Positions 49,264 to 62,578 of a stretch of DNA of 64,000 bases are shown here, piece by piece. The notes beneath the pieces were generated by a model. The model was not told where the DNA came from, did not search any database, and saw only the letters and a program-made list of their open reading frames with translations. The DNA comes from Candidatus Eiseniibacteriota bacterium (GTDB lineage: Bacteria; Eisenbacteria; RBG-16-71-46). The DNA lies in contig CAVQXP010000001.1 in NCBI GenBank assembly GCA_963717935.1, forward strand, positions 32,001 through 96,000, written 5' to 3'. Position 1 is the stretch's first letter, and the number at the start of each line of letters is the position of its first letter. Made by a program: the position numbers and the translations under genes.

Positions 49264-49740
49264 ACGGGATCTCACCGGAGGCCTCCGGGTCCAGTTGCAG
49301 CACGACGCTCGCGGCCGCCTCGCGAGCCATCGCCAGGCTCACCGGGTGCATGCCGCTGCCCGCGAGCAGGTCCACCACGCGTTCGAATTGCCCCGCGTCC
49401 AGCGTGCCCCTGCGCCGAAGGTCCAGCAGGTAGCCCCAGGCATCCGGGCCGAGCGACTCGCGCTCCTCGGCGCTCAGCACGCGCTGGACGTGCGTCACCG
49501 GCGCGGCCGCGCCCGCCGCCGACAGCAGGTCCGGCACGGCCGGCACGCCGTTCCACGAGACGTACTCGAGCGAGCGCAGCACCCAGGCCGTGGCGAGCAG
49601 ATCGTCGGCGGTGAGGTCGGGGTCCTGCAGCGCCGCGCCCAGCGCGTCGAGCGCCAGCGCGTCGCCCTCGACGTAGCGCTCCAGACGCTCGGCCAGCAGG
49701 GCCAGCACCTGGCGCACGCGATCCGTCGGGCGCTCGTCGT

Positions 49741-49744
<4 letters not shown>
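49238..49744 (-). CDS. smg: Smg/DUF494-family protein
   Basis: [32 protein letters not shown]; usual position upstream of topA. Confidence 0.8.
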
Positions 49745-52767
<3,023 letters not shown>

Positions 52768-52890
52768 GGATGGCAGAATAGTAGTTCTGTCAAGCGAACG
52801 CGAATCGCCGGGCCAGGGCGCGCCCGCCGTACGACGGCTGCGGCCCGGTGCCAGGGGCACCGGGCCGCGCGGACTTCGAGCACCGCAGAA

Positions 52891-53094
52891 CTAGATCAGC
52901 CTCGTGACGTGAGCGGCCTCGGCACCCCGTTCGCTGGTCCGGACCTCAAACTCCACCTGCTCACCGACCTGGAGTGTCCGAAACCCGTGGCCCTCGATGG
53001 AGGAGTGATGAACGAACACTTCCGCTTCTCCTTCCGCCGCGATGAAACCATACCCCTTGTGGTCGCTGAACCATTTGACGGTACCACGCGCCAT
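52891..53094 (-). CDS. Cold-shock domain protein (CspA family)
   Basis: GTVKWF, KGYGFI (RNP1) and VFVHHS (RNP2). Confidence 0.95.
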   Translation of the reverse strand: MARGTVKWFSDHKGYGFIAAEGEAEVFVHHSSIEGHGFRTLQVGEQVEFEVRTSERGAEAAHVTRLI

Positions 53095-53147
53095 GGGTGG
53101 TGCTCCTCTCTCTGGGAGAGTCCTGCCCCGGCTCGAAGTCGAAGGAC

Positions 53148-53176
53148 ACATTGGCCCCGCGCGCGGGGCCAGTCAA
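53148..53176 (-). promoter_or_regulatory. Probable sigma70 promoter for csp with a palindromic spacer
   Basis: Minus strand TTGACT, 17 nt, CAATGT. Confidence 0.55.
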
Positions 53177-53256
53177 GGGTCATTGTGCGTCGCAATGGCG
53201 CGCCCGTCCGGAGCCGGACGTGGCACGCCACGCAGGAACAGCGAGCGCACGCCGCG

Positions 53257-54198
53257 TCAGGCGTCTTCGCACGCCCGGTCGGCGCTGGCCGATCGGCGCC
53301 CGCGCGATGTCCAGCGTTCGTGAAGCTCGAGCGCCTCGGAGTGCGCGGGGTCGCGCTGCAGCACCAGTGCCACCTGCTCGCCCGCCTGCGCCAGCGCGCC
53401 CACGCAATCGAGCGCGCGCGCGAACTGCAGGCGCGCCGCGTGGAACTCGGGGTTCAGCTCGAGAGCGCGCGCCAGGGCCGAGAGCGCGTCGTCGAAATGC
53501 CCGAGTCGCAACTCGGCCGAGCCCAGCAGGTAGTGCAGGTCCGGCCAGCCCTCCCGCCCCGGCAGGGCCGCCTGCAGCAACCCGACCGCCTGCGCGGCGT
53601 CGCCCGCTTCGAGCAGCGCGCGGGCGCGCTCGAGGGCGCCACCTTCCGCCGGTTCGTCCAGCGCGAGCGCGCCCGCGAAGAGCGGGCCCGCCTCCTCCCA
53701 GTCGGCTCGCTCGAGACTCTCCAGGCCCTGCTGGAACGCCAGGGGCCGCCTGACCTCGGTCTCGCGCGCCAGCGCGCGCAGGGACTCGAGGGCCTCGCCG
53801 ATGAACCCCTCGGCCGCGTCGAGCAACGCTCGCTCGAGCCGGGCCGCCGTGTAGCGCGGATTGAGCGCCAGCGCCCGCTCGAGCTCGCGGCGCGCCTCGG
53901 GCCGGCGCTGGAGCTGGAGCAGCAGCCGCGCCCGCCGGTAGTGGAGGTCCGGGTACTCGGGCCGAAAGCGCAGCGCCCCCTCGAGCGCCGCGGCCGCCTG
54001 CGCGGGGTCGCCCGCGGCCTCGGCCAGGCGTGCGACGTGGGCCAGGGCGTCGGCCGCCGCCACCTGGCGCACCAGCGGCAGCGTCCCCTCGCGCGCCAGG
54101 CGTTCGACCTGCTCGATGGCCTGCGCATGGCGGCCCGCGCGCGCGGCGCGGACCGCGTCGGTGAACTCGGACTCCGGGGCCGGGATGGGACGCGTCAC
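53257..54198 (-). CDS. Tetratricopeptide repeat protein
   Basis: Repeated ..AL.LNP.Y/F..AR and YPDLHY units; GTGA overlap. Confidence 0.85.
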   Translation of the reverse strand: MTRPIPAPESEFTDAVRAARAGRHAQAIEQVERLAREGTLPLVRQVAAADALAHVARLAEAAGDPAQAAAALEGALRFRPEYPDLHYRRARLLLQLQRRPEARRELERALALNPRYTAARLERALLDAAEGFIGEALESLRALARETEVRRPLAFQQGLESLERADWEEAGPLFAGALALDEPAEGGALERARALLEAGDAAQAVGLLQAALPGREGWPDLHYLLGSAELRLGHFDDALSALARALELNPEFHAARLQFARALDCVGALAQAGEQVALVLQRDPAHSEALELHERWTSRGRRSASADRACEDA

Positions 54199-54851
54199 AG
54201 GGGACTCCAGAGCAGGCGCATGGCGTAGCCCGCCATGAGGGTCATGGCGAGGTTGTCGTCCAGAGGTATCGGCAGGAGCTCGGCCAGACTTGCGACCAGT
54301 GCTCCAGCCAGCAGCACGCTCCACGGGAGGTATCCGGTGGCCGCCAGGAACGCCGCCCACACGAGGCACGCCGCAAGCCCGCCCAGCGCACCTTCGAGCG
54401 TCTTGCGGAAGACACGCCTCCGGCCCCAGGCCTTGCCGACGATGGCAGCGAAGGCGTCGCCCAGCACCGTGAACCCCAGCGCCGCGGCGGCCACCGGGCG
54501 CGGAAAGATGTCCACCGCCAGCAACGCCGCGATCAGCAGGTAGGTCGAACCCAGCAGGCCCAGGTCCTCGTGCTCGCGCAGCATGCCGCCGAGGAAGTCG
54601 CGGAACAGCCGCTTCACGCGCTGCTCCTGCAGCCGGAGCACATCGAGCGCCAGCGCCCCGAACGCCAGCACCAGGAGCAGCAGCGTCCACTGGGCGCGCC
54701 CGCGCGGCCACGGCAGGACCTCGAAGAGCAGGTCGAGCGGCAGGACGAGGAAGCACAGGTGGATGGCCTTGCGCCGCAGCTCGGAGAGGAACGACGGCGA
54801 GCGCAGCGCGGCGAGCGGATCGGTCAGAGGCGTGGGGCCCGGTGGCATCAC
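54195..54851 (-). CDS. SEC59/DGK1/VTE5-like CTP-dependent lipid (polyprenol/DAG) kinase
   Basis: ELRRKAIH, LREHE, GDAFAAIVG, KTLEG and DDNL; multi-TM. Confidence 0.85.
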   Translation of the reverse strand: MMPPGPTPLTDPLAALRSPSFLSELRRKAIHLCFLVLPLDLLFEVLPWPRGRAQWTLLLLVLAFGALALDVLRLQEQRVKRLFRDFLGGMLREHEDLGLLGSTYLLIAALLAVDIFPRPVAAAALGFTVLGDAFAAIVGKAWGRRRVFRKTLEGALGGLAACLVWAAFLAATGYLPWSVLLAGALVASLAELLPIPLDDNLAMTLMAGYAMRLLWSPL

Positions 54852-54957
54852 GGGATCGAAACTAGCAGAAGCACGGGGCAAGGTGGCGCGAGAAACCGCG
54901 GCAGCACACGGACCACGGTCAGGGTCCCGGCGGCCGACGACGCCCCCGCGTCCTTCC

Positions 54958-57051
54958 TCACCGGGCGTCGGCCGCGGGTCCGAGCTCCCGATAGCCCTGG
55001 CGCAAGCCGAGGATCCGCTTGGCGTAGTCCTGGGCAAGGGAGTTCGAGGCCAGCTCGCACAGCAGCGCTTCCCCCCCGCGGGCCCGCAGCTCGCGCCAAC
55101 GCGACGAGAGGCTCCCGGGCCCGGCGTTGTAGGCCGAGAGCGCCGCCGCCACGCTGCCGTCGAAGCGCTGCAGCATGCGGGTCAGGTAGCGGGCGCCGTA
55201 GCGCACGTTCGTCTCCGGTTCGAACAGCGCGGCCTCACCCGGCCGCGCCTCGCGAGCCCAGCGCGCGACGTCCCGCGCCGTCGCGAGCTTGAGCTGCATC
55301 AGGCCGAGCGCGTCGCTGCGCGAGCGGGCCAGCGGATCGAAGCGGCTCTCCTGGTACGCGACGGCGAACAGCAGCGCAGGCTCGAGCGAAGCGACCACCG
55401 TGTCGAGCGGGGAGACGAAGAGCGACTCGAAGGCGGGCGGGAAGAGCCACGGGACCCGCGGCCAGGCCGCCGCATCCCACAGGTCCGGATCGTTCACGCG
55501 AACCGCGCGGTCCGCCAGGGCGATGCCGAGCCCCGGCCGCCCCAGCGCGTACGCGAGACCGGCGCCGGTGAGCGCCTCCGCCACCGCGTCGCAGCCGGGC
55601 ACATCCGGACCGGGCCGCACACCACGCGCGCCCACGCGCGCAAGCAGGAGGACGGCCTCGTCCTGCGCGCCGATCGCCACGAGTTCCTCCGCCGCGCGGA
55701 TCGTCGAGCACGAGTCGGCGGCCGGCGCCCCGGCAGACCGGAGCCCGCCGGGCCAGCCCCGGACTCCGAGCGTGTCACGCGCCGCCGCCCGGTAGAACGA
55801 GTAGCCGGGCAACCCCGCGACCAGGCGGAGCAGGGAATCCCCCGCCGCCCGTTCTCCCTGCGCGCGCCGCGCGACGCCATGCCAGAAGCGCGCGCCGTCC
55901 GCGGAGTCGGACGCCCAGCACGCTGCCGCCGAATCCGCCCGGCCCAGGGCGAGGTGCAGCAGGCCGGCGCGAAACGCGGCATCCCCGGCCCGCCGCCCTG
56001 CGTCACGCGTGGTCTGCGCGTACCAGGCGAGCGCTTCGTCCCAGCGGCCGGCGTCCTCCGCCGTGCGGCCCGCCTCCCAGGCCGCGGACTCGCCGAGTGC
56101 CCCGCCCCCGCCCGCGGCGACCCGCGCATACAGCGCGAGGGCCGAGTCCGGCCGTCCCGCCGCGGTCTCGAGCCGGGCGCTCTCGAGCGTCCAGGACAGG
56201 TCGAGGTCGGGCGCGCGGGCTCCCGGACGCAGCTCCCGGACGGCGGCACGCGCCTCCGCGAAGCGCCGCGACCGGCGCAGCCCTTCGCACAGCCTGAGCC
56301 CGGCTTGCCAGCGTTCCTTCCCGGCGCCCGGGTCCGCGCACACCCGCCTCAAGCGCGCGGCCGCCGCGTCGTTCCGGCCGGCCAGCATCTCGACCTCCGC
56401 GCCCGCGCGCTCGTCCCCGATCGTGAGCCGTTCGCCGCGCCCCTGCAGCAGCTCCTCCAGCCGCGCGAGCGCGCGGCCCGCGGCGGACAGCGACGGGTAG
56501 ACGCTCAACGTCTGGCGCGCGAACGCGACCGCCTGCGCGGTGTCGCCCGCCGCCGCGCGCGTGCGCACCCGCAGGGCGAGCCACGCGGCGCGCTCGGCGT
56601 CCGGCCAGCCCGCCCGGTCCGCGCCCTCGAGCAGCGAGTCCGCCGCCCCGGCCGCCCCGCGCGCCAGGGCGAGATCCGCGCGCCCGCGCAGCGCCGGCCA
56701 GGTCCACGGCGTCCACTCCGCGCCGGCCAGCGCCCAGCAGGAATCGGCGCGCACCGTGTCCCCCACCGCCAGGTGGAGCGCGGCGAGTCGATGGCAGGCG
56801 ACCGCGCGCAGATGCGGCTGAGCGGCCGCCGCCTGCCAGAGCGCAAGGCTGTCGGCACGCGTCACGGGCGGCAGCGTCAGCCCGCGGGCCCATGCCGGGG
56901 ACGGGTCGGACCCCGCCACCCACCGCACCACCCCGGTCGAATCCAGCGTCGGAACTCCGAGGCGCATCCGATCGCGTGCCTGCGCGGACGCCGGCAGCAG
57001 GGCGACCGCGACCGCCAGCGCCAGCAGCCACCGCACCCCGCGCCCGCTCAC
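54958..57051 (-). CDS. Soluble lytic transglycosylase (Slt70-like, TPR plus SLT)
   Basis: Signal peptide, helical repeats, QESRF, ALGLMQL and AYNAG. Confidence 0.9.
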   Translation of the reverse strand: MSGRGVRWLLALAVAVALLPASAQARDRMRLGVPTLDSTGVVRWVAGSDPSPAWARGLTLPPVTRADSLALWQAAAAQPHLRAVACHRLAALHLAVGDTVRADSCWALAGAEWTPWTWPALRGRADLALARGAAGAADSLLEGADRAGWPDAERAAWLALRVRTRAAAGDTAQAVAFARQTLSVYPSLSAAGRALARLEELLQGRGERLTIGDERAGAEVEMLAGRNDAAAARLRRVCADPGAGKERWQAGLRLCEGLRRSRRFAEARAAVRELRPGARAPDLDLSWTLESARLETAAGRPDSALALYARVAAGGGGALGESAAWEAGRTAEDAGRWDEALAWYAQTTRDAGRRAGDAAFRAGLLHLALGRADSAAACWASDSADGARFWHGVARRAQGERAAGDSLLRLVAGLPGYSFYRAAARDTLGVRGWPGGLRSAGAPAADSCSTIRAAEELVAIGAQDEAVLLLARVGARGVRPGPDVPGCDAVAEALTGAGLAYALGRPGLGIALADRAVRVNDPDLWDAAAWPRVPWLFPPAFESLFVSPLDTVVASLEPALLFAVAYQESRFDPLARSRSDALGLMQLKLATARDVARWAREARPGEAALFEPETNVRYGARYLTRMLQRFDGSVAAALSAYNAGPGSLSSRWRELRARGGEALLCELASNSLAQDYAKRILGLRQGYRELGPAADAR

Positions 57052-57055
57052 GCCC

Positions 57056-58598
57056 TCACTCCCACTCGATCGTCGCCGGGGGCTTGCTGGTGCAGTCGTA
57101 GACCACTCGGTTGATGCCGCGCACCTCGTTGACGATGCGCGACGAGACGCGCGCCAGCAGGCTCGCGGGCAGGCGCGTCCAGTCGGCGGTCATGCCGTCC
57201 TGGCTGTTCACCGCGCGCAGCGCGATGACCTTCTCGTAGGAGCGCTCGTCGCCCTTCACCCCCACGGTCGAGACCGGCAGCAGGACGGCCAGCGCCTGCC
57301 ACGTCCGCCCGTACCACTTCGCGCGGCGCAACTCCTCGATGAAGATCGCGTCCGCGCGACGCAGCAGCTCGAGGTCGTGCTCGGTGATCGGGCCGAGGAT
57401 GCGCACCGCGAGCCCCGGCCCCGGGAACGGGTGCCGGTCCACCAGGTGGTCCGGCAGCCCCAGCGCCCGGCCCAGCTCGCGCACCTCGTCCTTGAAGAGC
57501 CAGGCGCAGCGGCTCGATGAGCTTGAGCTTCATCCGGTCCGGCAGGCCACCGACGTTGTGGTGGCTCTTGATGACCTGCGAGCCGAAGCCCGCCGAGGCG
57601 CTCTCGATCACGTCCGGGTAGAGCGTGCCCTGCGCGAGCCACTCGACCGGGCCGATCTTCCGGGCCTCGTCCTCGAAGACCCCGATGAACTCCTCGCCGA
57701 TGATCTTGCGCTTGCGCTCCGGATCGCTGACCCCGGCGAGCCGGTCGAGGAAGCGCCGCCGGGCGTCCACGATCTCGAGCCTCAAGCCGCGCTTCACCCC
57801 CAGCTCGCGCGCCACCTCCTCCGCCTCGCCCTCGCGCAGCAGGCCGTGGTTCACCATCACGCAGGTCAGGCGCTTGCCGACCGCGCGGTGACAGAGCGTG
57901 GCGACCACGCTCGAGTCCACGCCGCCCGAGAGCCCGCAGAGGATGTGGCCCTCCGGCCCCACCTGCGCGCGGATCGCGGCGACCGCGCTCTTCAGGAACG
58001 ACTTCATGCTCCAGCCGCCCTCCAGGCGCGCCACCTTGAAAAGGAAGTTCGCGAGCACCTGCCTGCCGTAGGGCGAGTGCACGACCTCCGGGTGGAACTG
58101 GATCAGGTGGAACGGGCGCTTCTCGTGCTCCGCCGCGGCGAAGGCGCAGTTCGCGGTGTGCGCCACGCGGCGCCAGCCCGCGGGGAGCGCGGCCACCTCG
58201 TCACCGTGGCTCATCCACGCGCGGAAGCGCTTCGGCACCTTCTCGAACAGGAGCGAGCGCCCGTCCCGCACGAAGGTCGCCATGCCGTACTCGGCGCGCG
58301 ACGCGCGCTCGAGCTCCCCGCCCATCAGCTGCATCGTGGCCTGGAAGCCGTAGCAGATGCCGAGCAGCGGTTTCTTCAGTTCGTAGATGCCGGGGTCGGG
58401 CATCGGCGCCGCGACCTTGTAACCGCTCGCCGGCGAGCCCGAGAGGATGAGCGCGCTCGGCCGGCGCGCGGCGATCGCCGCCGCGGGCGTGGTGCCCGGC
58501 ACGATCTCCGAGAACACCCCCAGCTCGCGCACCCGCCGAGCGATCAGCTGCGTGTACTGCGAGCCGAAGTCGAGGATGACGACGAGTTCACGGGACAT
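57056..58598 (-). CDS. guaA: GMP synthase, glutamine-hydrolysing (indel near 57500)
   Basis: [41 protein letters not shown] and KPPATIEWE. Confidence 0.96.
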
Positions 58599-58613
58599 GG
58601 TCCGTCTCCTGGC

Positions 58614-60155
58614 TCAGTGCCTGAACACCCTTCGGTCCGTGAACACCATCGCCAGGCCCCGCTCGTCGCAGGCGGCGACGACCTCGGGGTCGCGCACCGA
58701 GCCACCGGGCTGGACGAAGGCGGTGATGCCGGCCCCGGCTGCGTGCTCGATGTTGTCGGCGAAGGGGAAGAACCCGTCGCTCGCGAGCACGGTGCCCTGC
58801 AGCTCGTGCCCGGCGCGGCGCGCCTTCATCAGCGCCACGTCCACCGCGTCCACGCGGCTGGTCTGCCCGGAGCCGAGCCCGACCAGCGTGCCGCCACGCG
58901 CGAGGGCGATGGCGTTGGAGCGCGCGGCAGCCACCACCTCCCAGGCGAAGCGCAGGCCCGCCATCTCCTCCGGCGTGGGCGGCCGTCTCGTCACCACGCG
59001 CCACTCCGGCGGCGCGCCCTCCGGCTCCCGCGACAGCAGCGCCCAGGGTCCCAGGAACCGGACGGCCCAGGAGTCAGGCGACGCAAGCGATTGTGCCTCA
59101 AGCGATACGACCCGCAGGTTCTTCCTGGACTTGAAGGCCTCCGACGCCTCGCGCGTGAACCCGGGCGCCGCCACGCACTCCGCGAACTGCTTCGCCACGA
59201 GGCCCGCCGTCCCGCCGTCCAGCGGACGGTTGAAGGCGACAATCCCGCCGAAGGCCGACTGCTCGTCGGTGTGGAACGCCTCCTCGTAGGCCGCGGCGAG
59301 CGCCGGCGCCACGGCTGCGCCGCAGGGCTGGCCGTGCTTGACGATGACACAGGCGGGCGGCTCGAAGCGGCCCACCAGCGCGACGGCCGCCTCGAGGTCG
59401 AGGAGGTTGTTGTAGGAGAGTTCCTTCCCCTCCTTCCACGCGTCCAGCGCCGCCTTCCCGCCGAGCCGCGCGTAGAGCGCCGCAGGCTGGTGGGGGTTCT
59501 CCCCGTAGCGCAGGTGGCGCGCGCGCTCGAGCGCCAGCACGTGGACGGGCGGCGGCTCGGCCCCGCCCGCGACGTCCGCGCGCCCCGCCAGGTCGCCGGC
59601 GATCGCCGCGTCGTAGCGTGCGGTCCGCGCGAAGGTGCGCAGCGCCCAGGTGCGCCGTCGCTCCAGCGTCACCGTGTCCGACTCGAGTGCCGCGAGCGCC
59701 TCGGCGTACTGGCCGGGATCGTGCAGCACGATGACGTCGGCGAAGTTCTTGGCCGCGGCGCGCAGCAGGGCGACGCCGCCGATGTCGATCTCCTCGACCG
59801 CGCCGGCTTCGTCCAGCGCGCCCGCGCGCTCCTCGAACGGATAGAGCGTCACCGCCACCAGGTCGAGCGGCGTGAGTCCGCGCGCGGCGAGCGCCGCCAG
59901 GTCGGCGGGCTCGCCACGCCGCGCCAGGATGGGTGCGTGCACGTGCGGGTGCAGGGTCTTCACGCGCCCACCCAGCAACTCCCCGAAGCCGGTCCACTCC
60001 TCGACCGGCGTCACGGCCACGCCGGCCGCGGCGAGGTGCCTCGCGGTGCCGCCCGAGGCGACGATCTTCGTCCCACGCTCGGCGAGGGCCCGCGCGAAGT
60101 CGGCGGCCCCGCGCTTCTCCGAGAGCGAGAACAGCGCGGCCCGGGGCCAGCTCAC
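58614..60155 (-). CDS. purH: Bifunctional AICAR transformylase/IMP cyclohydrolase
   Basis: GRVKTLHP, EIDIGG, LRYGENPHQ, LSYNNLLD, SAFGG, ASDGFFPF and QPGGSVRD. Confidence 0.96.
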   Translation of the reverse strand: MSWPRAALFSLSEKRGAADFARALAERGTKIVASGGTARHLAAAGVAVTPVEEWTGFGELLGGRVKTLHPHVHAPILARRGEPADLAALAARGLTPLDLVAVTLYPFEERAGALDEAGAVEEIDIGGVALLRAAAKNFADVIVLHDPGQYAEALAALESDTVTLERRRTWALRTFARTARYDAAIAGDLAGRADVAGGAEPPPVHVLALERARHLRYGENPHQPAALYARLGGKAALDAWKEGKELSYNNLLDLEAAVALVGRFEPPACVIVKHGQPCGAAVAPALAAAYEEAFHTDEQSAFGGIVAFNRPLDGGTAGLVAKQFAECVAAPGFTREASEAFKSRKNLRVVSLEAQSLASPDSWAVRFLGPWALLSREPEGAPPEWRVVTRRPPTPEEMAGLRFAWEVVAAARSNAIALARGGTLVGLGSGQTSRVDAVDVALMKARRAGHELQGTVLASDGFFPFADNIEHAAGAGITAFVQPGGSVRDPEVVAACDERGLAMVFTDRRVFRH

Positions 60156-61087
60156 GCGACCTCCCCGCCGAGGCGACGCACGGCCTCGAGGTAGCGCTCC
60201 TGGGTCCTGGTCACGACCTCCCCGGGCAGCGGCGGCGCGGGCGGCTCGTGGTCCCAGCCGGACTCGTCGAGCCAGTCGCGCACGAACTGCTTGTCGAAGG
60301 AGAGCAGCCGGCCCGCCTCGTAGGCGGCCCGGCCCCAGTAGCGCGACGAGTCGGGGGTGAGCGCCTCGTCGATCAGCGTGAGCGCACCGTCCACGAACCC
60401 GAACTCGAACTTGGTGTCCGCCAGCACCAGGCCCCGCTCCCACGCCCGCGCGCGCGCCTCCTCGTAGATCGCCAGGCTCCGCTCCCGCAGCGCCGCGGCG
60501 GTCTCCCCACCCACCGACCCGACCAAGCACTCGAACGAGATGTTCTCGTCGTGTCCGGTCTCGGACTTGGTGGCGGGAGTGAAGATCGCGGGCTCGATCC
60601 GCGAGCCCTCCTCCAGCCCGGCCGGCAGGGTGATGCCGCAGACCGCGCCGCTCCGCCGGTACTCCTTGAGCCCCGAGCCGGTGAGGTAGCCGCGCACCAC
60701 GCACTCGATGTCCACGCGGGCCGCCCGCCGCACCAGGTGGGCGCGCCCGCGCAGCAGCGCGGCATGCGCGTCGAAGGGCGCGGGGAACGCCGCCGGCTCG
60801 TCGCTCACGAGATGGTGCGGCGCGGCGCTCGCGAGGGTGCGCATCCACCAGGCCGAGAGCAGCGAGAGGATGGCGCCCTTGCCGGGAATGGGCGTGGGGA
60901 GCACCGAGTCGTAGGCCGAGAGCCGGTCGCTGGCGACGATGACCAGGTGCTCCGGCCCGGCCTCGTAGATCGAGCGCACCTTGCCGCGCTTCCAGGGCGC
61001 GAGGCCGGGGAGGGCGACCTCATCGACGGCGTGGGCCGCCTCGAGCAACTCCTTCGGGACCGCGAGACGCGTGCGGGTCACGTCCAT
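60152..61087 (-). CDS. purC: SAICAR synthetase
   Basis: GKVRSIY, SDRLSAYD, ECVVRGYLTGS, DTKFEFG, LTPDSSRYW and FDKQFVRDW. Confidence 0.96.
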   Translation of the reverse strand: MDVTRTRLAVPKELLEAAHAVDEVALPGLAPWKRGKVRSIYEAGPEHLVIVASDRLSAYDSVLPTPIPGKGAILSLLSAWWMRTLASAAPHHLVSDEPAAFPAPFDAHAALLRGRAHLVRRAARVDIECVVRGYLTGSGLKEYRRSGAVCGITLPAGLEEGSRIEPAIFTPATKSETGHDENISFECLVGSVGGETAAALRERSLAIYEEARARAWERGLVLADTKFEFGFVDGALTLIDEALTPDSSRYWGRAAYEAGRLLSFDKQFVRDWLDESGWDHEPPAPPLPGEVVTRTQERYLEAVRRLGGEVA

Positions 61088-61138
61088 GCGCTTCTCCTTC
61101 CCCGCCGCCTCACGGGACGGCGCGGTGTGCCGCGTGAA

Positions 61139-61897
61139 TCAGCGCGCGCCGCGGGGCAGAGCAGCTCCGAGCGCGAAGTTCGCGGCCACCCAGGCGGGCA
61201 GCCGCGCGATGGTGTCGATGGCAGGCTCGCCGTCCACGGCGTAATCGCCATGCGGATCCAGCAGGACGAAGTGGAGCCCCGCCCCGCGCGCGCCCGCGCC
61301 GTCCACCCGGCGCAGGTCCCCGACATAGAGCGTGCGTTCGGCGGGCAGGCCGAGGCGCTCGAGCGCCACGTGGAAGATGCCCGGTTCCGGCTTGGCGATG
61401 CCGACGTGATGCGAGTCCACCACGAACTCGAGCCCGCGGAGCATGTCGCAGGCCGCCAGGAGCTCTTCGGCGCGGCCATCCGAGTTGGAGACGCAGGCCA
61501 GCCTCGGGCCGAGCAGGGCCAGCGCGTCGAGACAGCCCCGAGCGCCCTCGACCGGCCGCGCCCACAGACCGACACCCGCCTGGCGCTCGTAGAAACGCTC
61601 GAGGGCGGGGCCGACGAGCGAGCGCGGCACGCCCGCGGCCTCGAGGATGACGCGGAAGTACAGGCGCGTGTCGCCACGCTCGCCCAGGCGCGGCTCGCCG
61701 GCCACGGCCGGGGGCGGCGGCTGGTCGAAGGCCTGGTCGAAGGCCTTGCGGGCCGCGACCTCCGAACGGCGCAGCGCCTCGGCGCTCACCTCGTGGCCCA
61801 GTCCACGCACGGTCTCGCTCATCCATTCGAAGTCGAGGCGCACGAGCGTGCCACCGGCGTCGAAGAGGACGGCCTCCAGCAGCGGACGCTCAGCCAC
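61139..61897 (-). CDS. HAD-superfamily hydrolase (subfamily IA)
   Basis: FDAGGTL, VSNSD, KPEPGIF and YVGD..VD..GA. Confidence 0.9.
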   Translation of the reverse strand: MAERPLLEAVLFDAGGTLVRLDFEWMSETVRGLGHEVSAEALRRSEVAARKAFDQAFDQPPPPAVAGEPRLGERGDTRLYFRVILEAAGVPRSLVGPALERFYERQAGVGLWARPVEGARGCLDALALLGPRLACVSNSDGRAEELLAACDMLRGLEFVVDSHHVGIAKPEPGIFHVALERLGLPAERTLYVGDLRRVDGAGARGAGLHFVLLDPHGDYAVDGEPAIDTIARLPAWVAANFALGAALPRGAR

Positions 61898-62534
61898 GCG
61901 CGACCTCCGTCGGGCAGCCCCCGAAGACGAGCCGCCGGCCCTCGCGCCGCCACGGCTCACCGAGGAAGCGCCGCACGGCCCCCGGGTAGAGCCGGTGCTC
62001 GGCCTCGTGGATCCGGCGCTCCAGCGTCTCGAGCGTATCGTCCTCGCGGATCTCCACCGCCTCCTGCGCCACGATGGGGCCCGCGTCGACGCCGGCATCC
62101 ACGAGGTGCACGGTGCAGCCCGTGACCTTGACGCCGTGCTCGAACGCCCTGCGCATGGCGTCGAGCCCCGGGAACGCGGGCAGCAGCGAGGGATGGAGGT
62201 TGAGGATACGGTCCGGAAAGGCACCGAGCAGGGGCTCGTGCAGCCGGCGCATGAAGCCCGCGAGCAGCAGCGTGTCCACCTCGTGCGCGCGCAGGAGGTC
62301 GAGCCAGGGCGTCTCGTCCTCGAGCCGCGTGCGAAAGCGCCCGGCGGGCGGACAGGCGCGCGGGACACCCAGGCGCCCGGCGCGGACGAGGACCTGCGCG
62401 TCCGGGACGTCGCAGAGGAGCAGGACGACCTGCCCCCCCAATTCGCCCCGCTTCGAGGCGAGCGTGAGCGCCTCGAAGTTGCTTCCGTCCCCCGAGGCGA
62501 GGACGGCGAGCCGGTACGGCCGGGTGGCGGGCAC
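61890..62534 (-). CDS. purN: Phosphoribosylglycinamide formyltransferase
   Basis: LAVLASGDGSNF, LAGFMR, NLHPSLLPAFPG and GCTVHLVD.GVDAGPI. Confidence 0.96.
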   Translation of the reverse strand: MPATRPYRLAVLASGDGSNFEALTLASKRGELGGQVVLLLCDVPDAQVLVRAGRLGVPRACPPAGRFRTRLEDETPWLDLLRAHEVDTLLLAGFMRRLHEPLLGAFPDRILNLHPSLLPAFPGLDAMRRAFEHGVKVTGCTVHLVDAGVDAGPIVAQEAVEIREDDTLETLERRIHEAEHRLYPGAVRRFLGEPWRREGRRLVFGGCPTEVARG

Positions 62535-62578
62535 GCCGCAATCTACCAACCGCGCGCGCGGCCGGGCAAATGCGCGTC

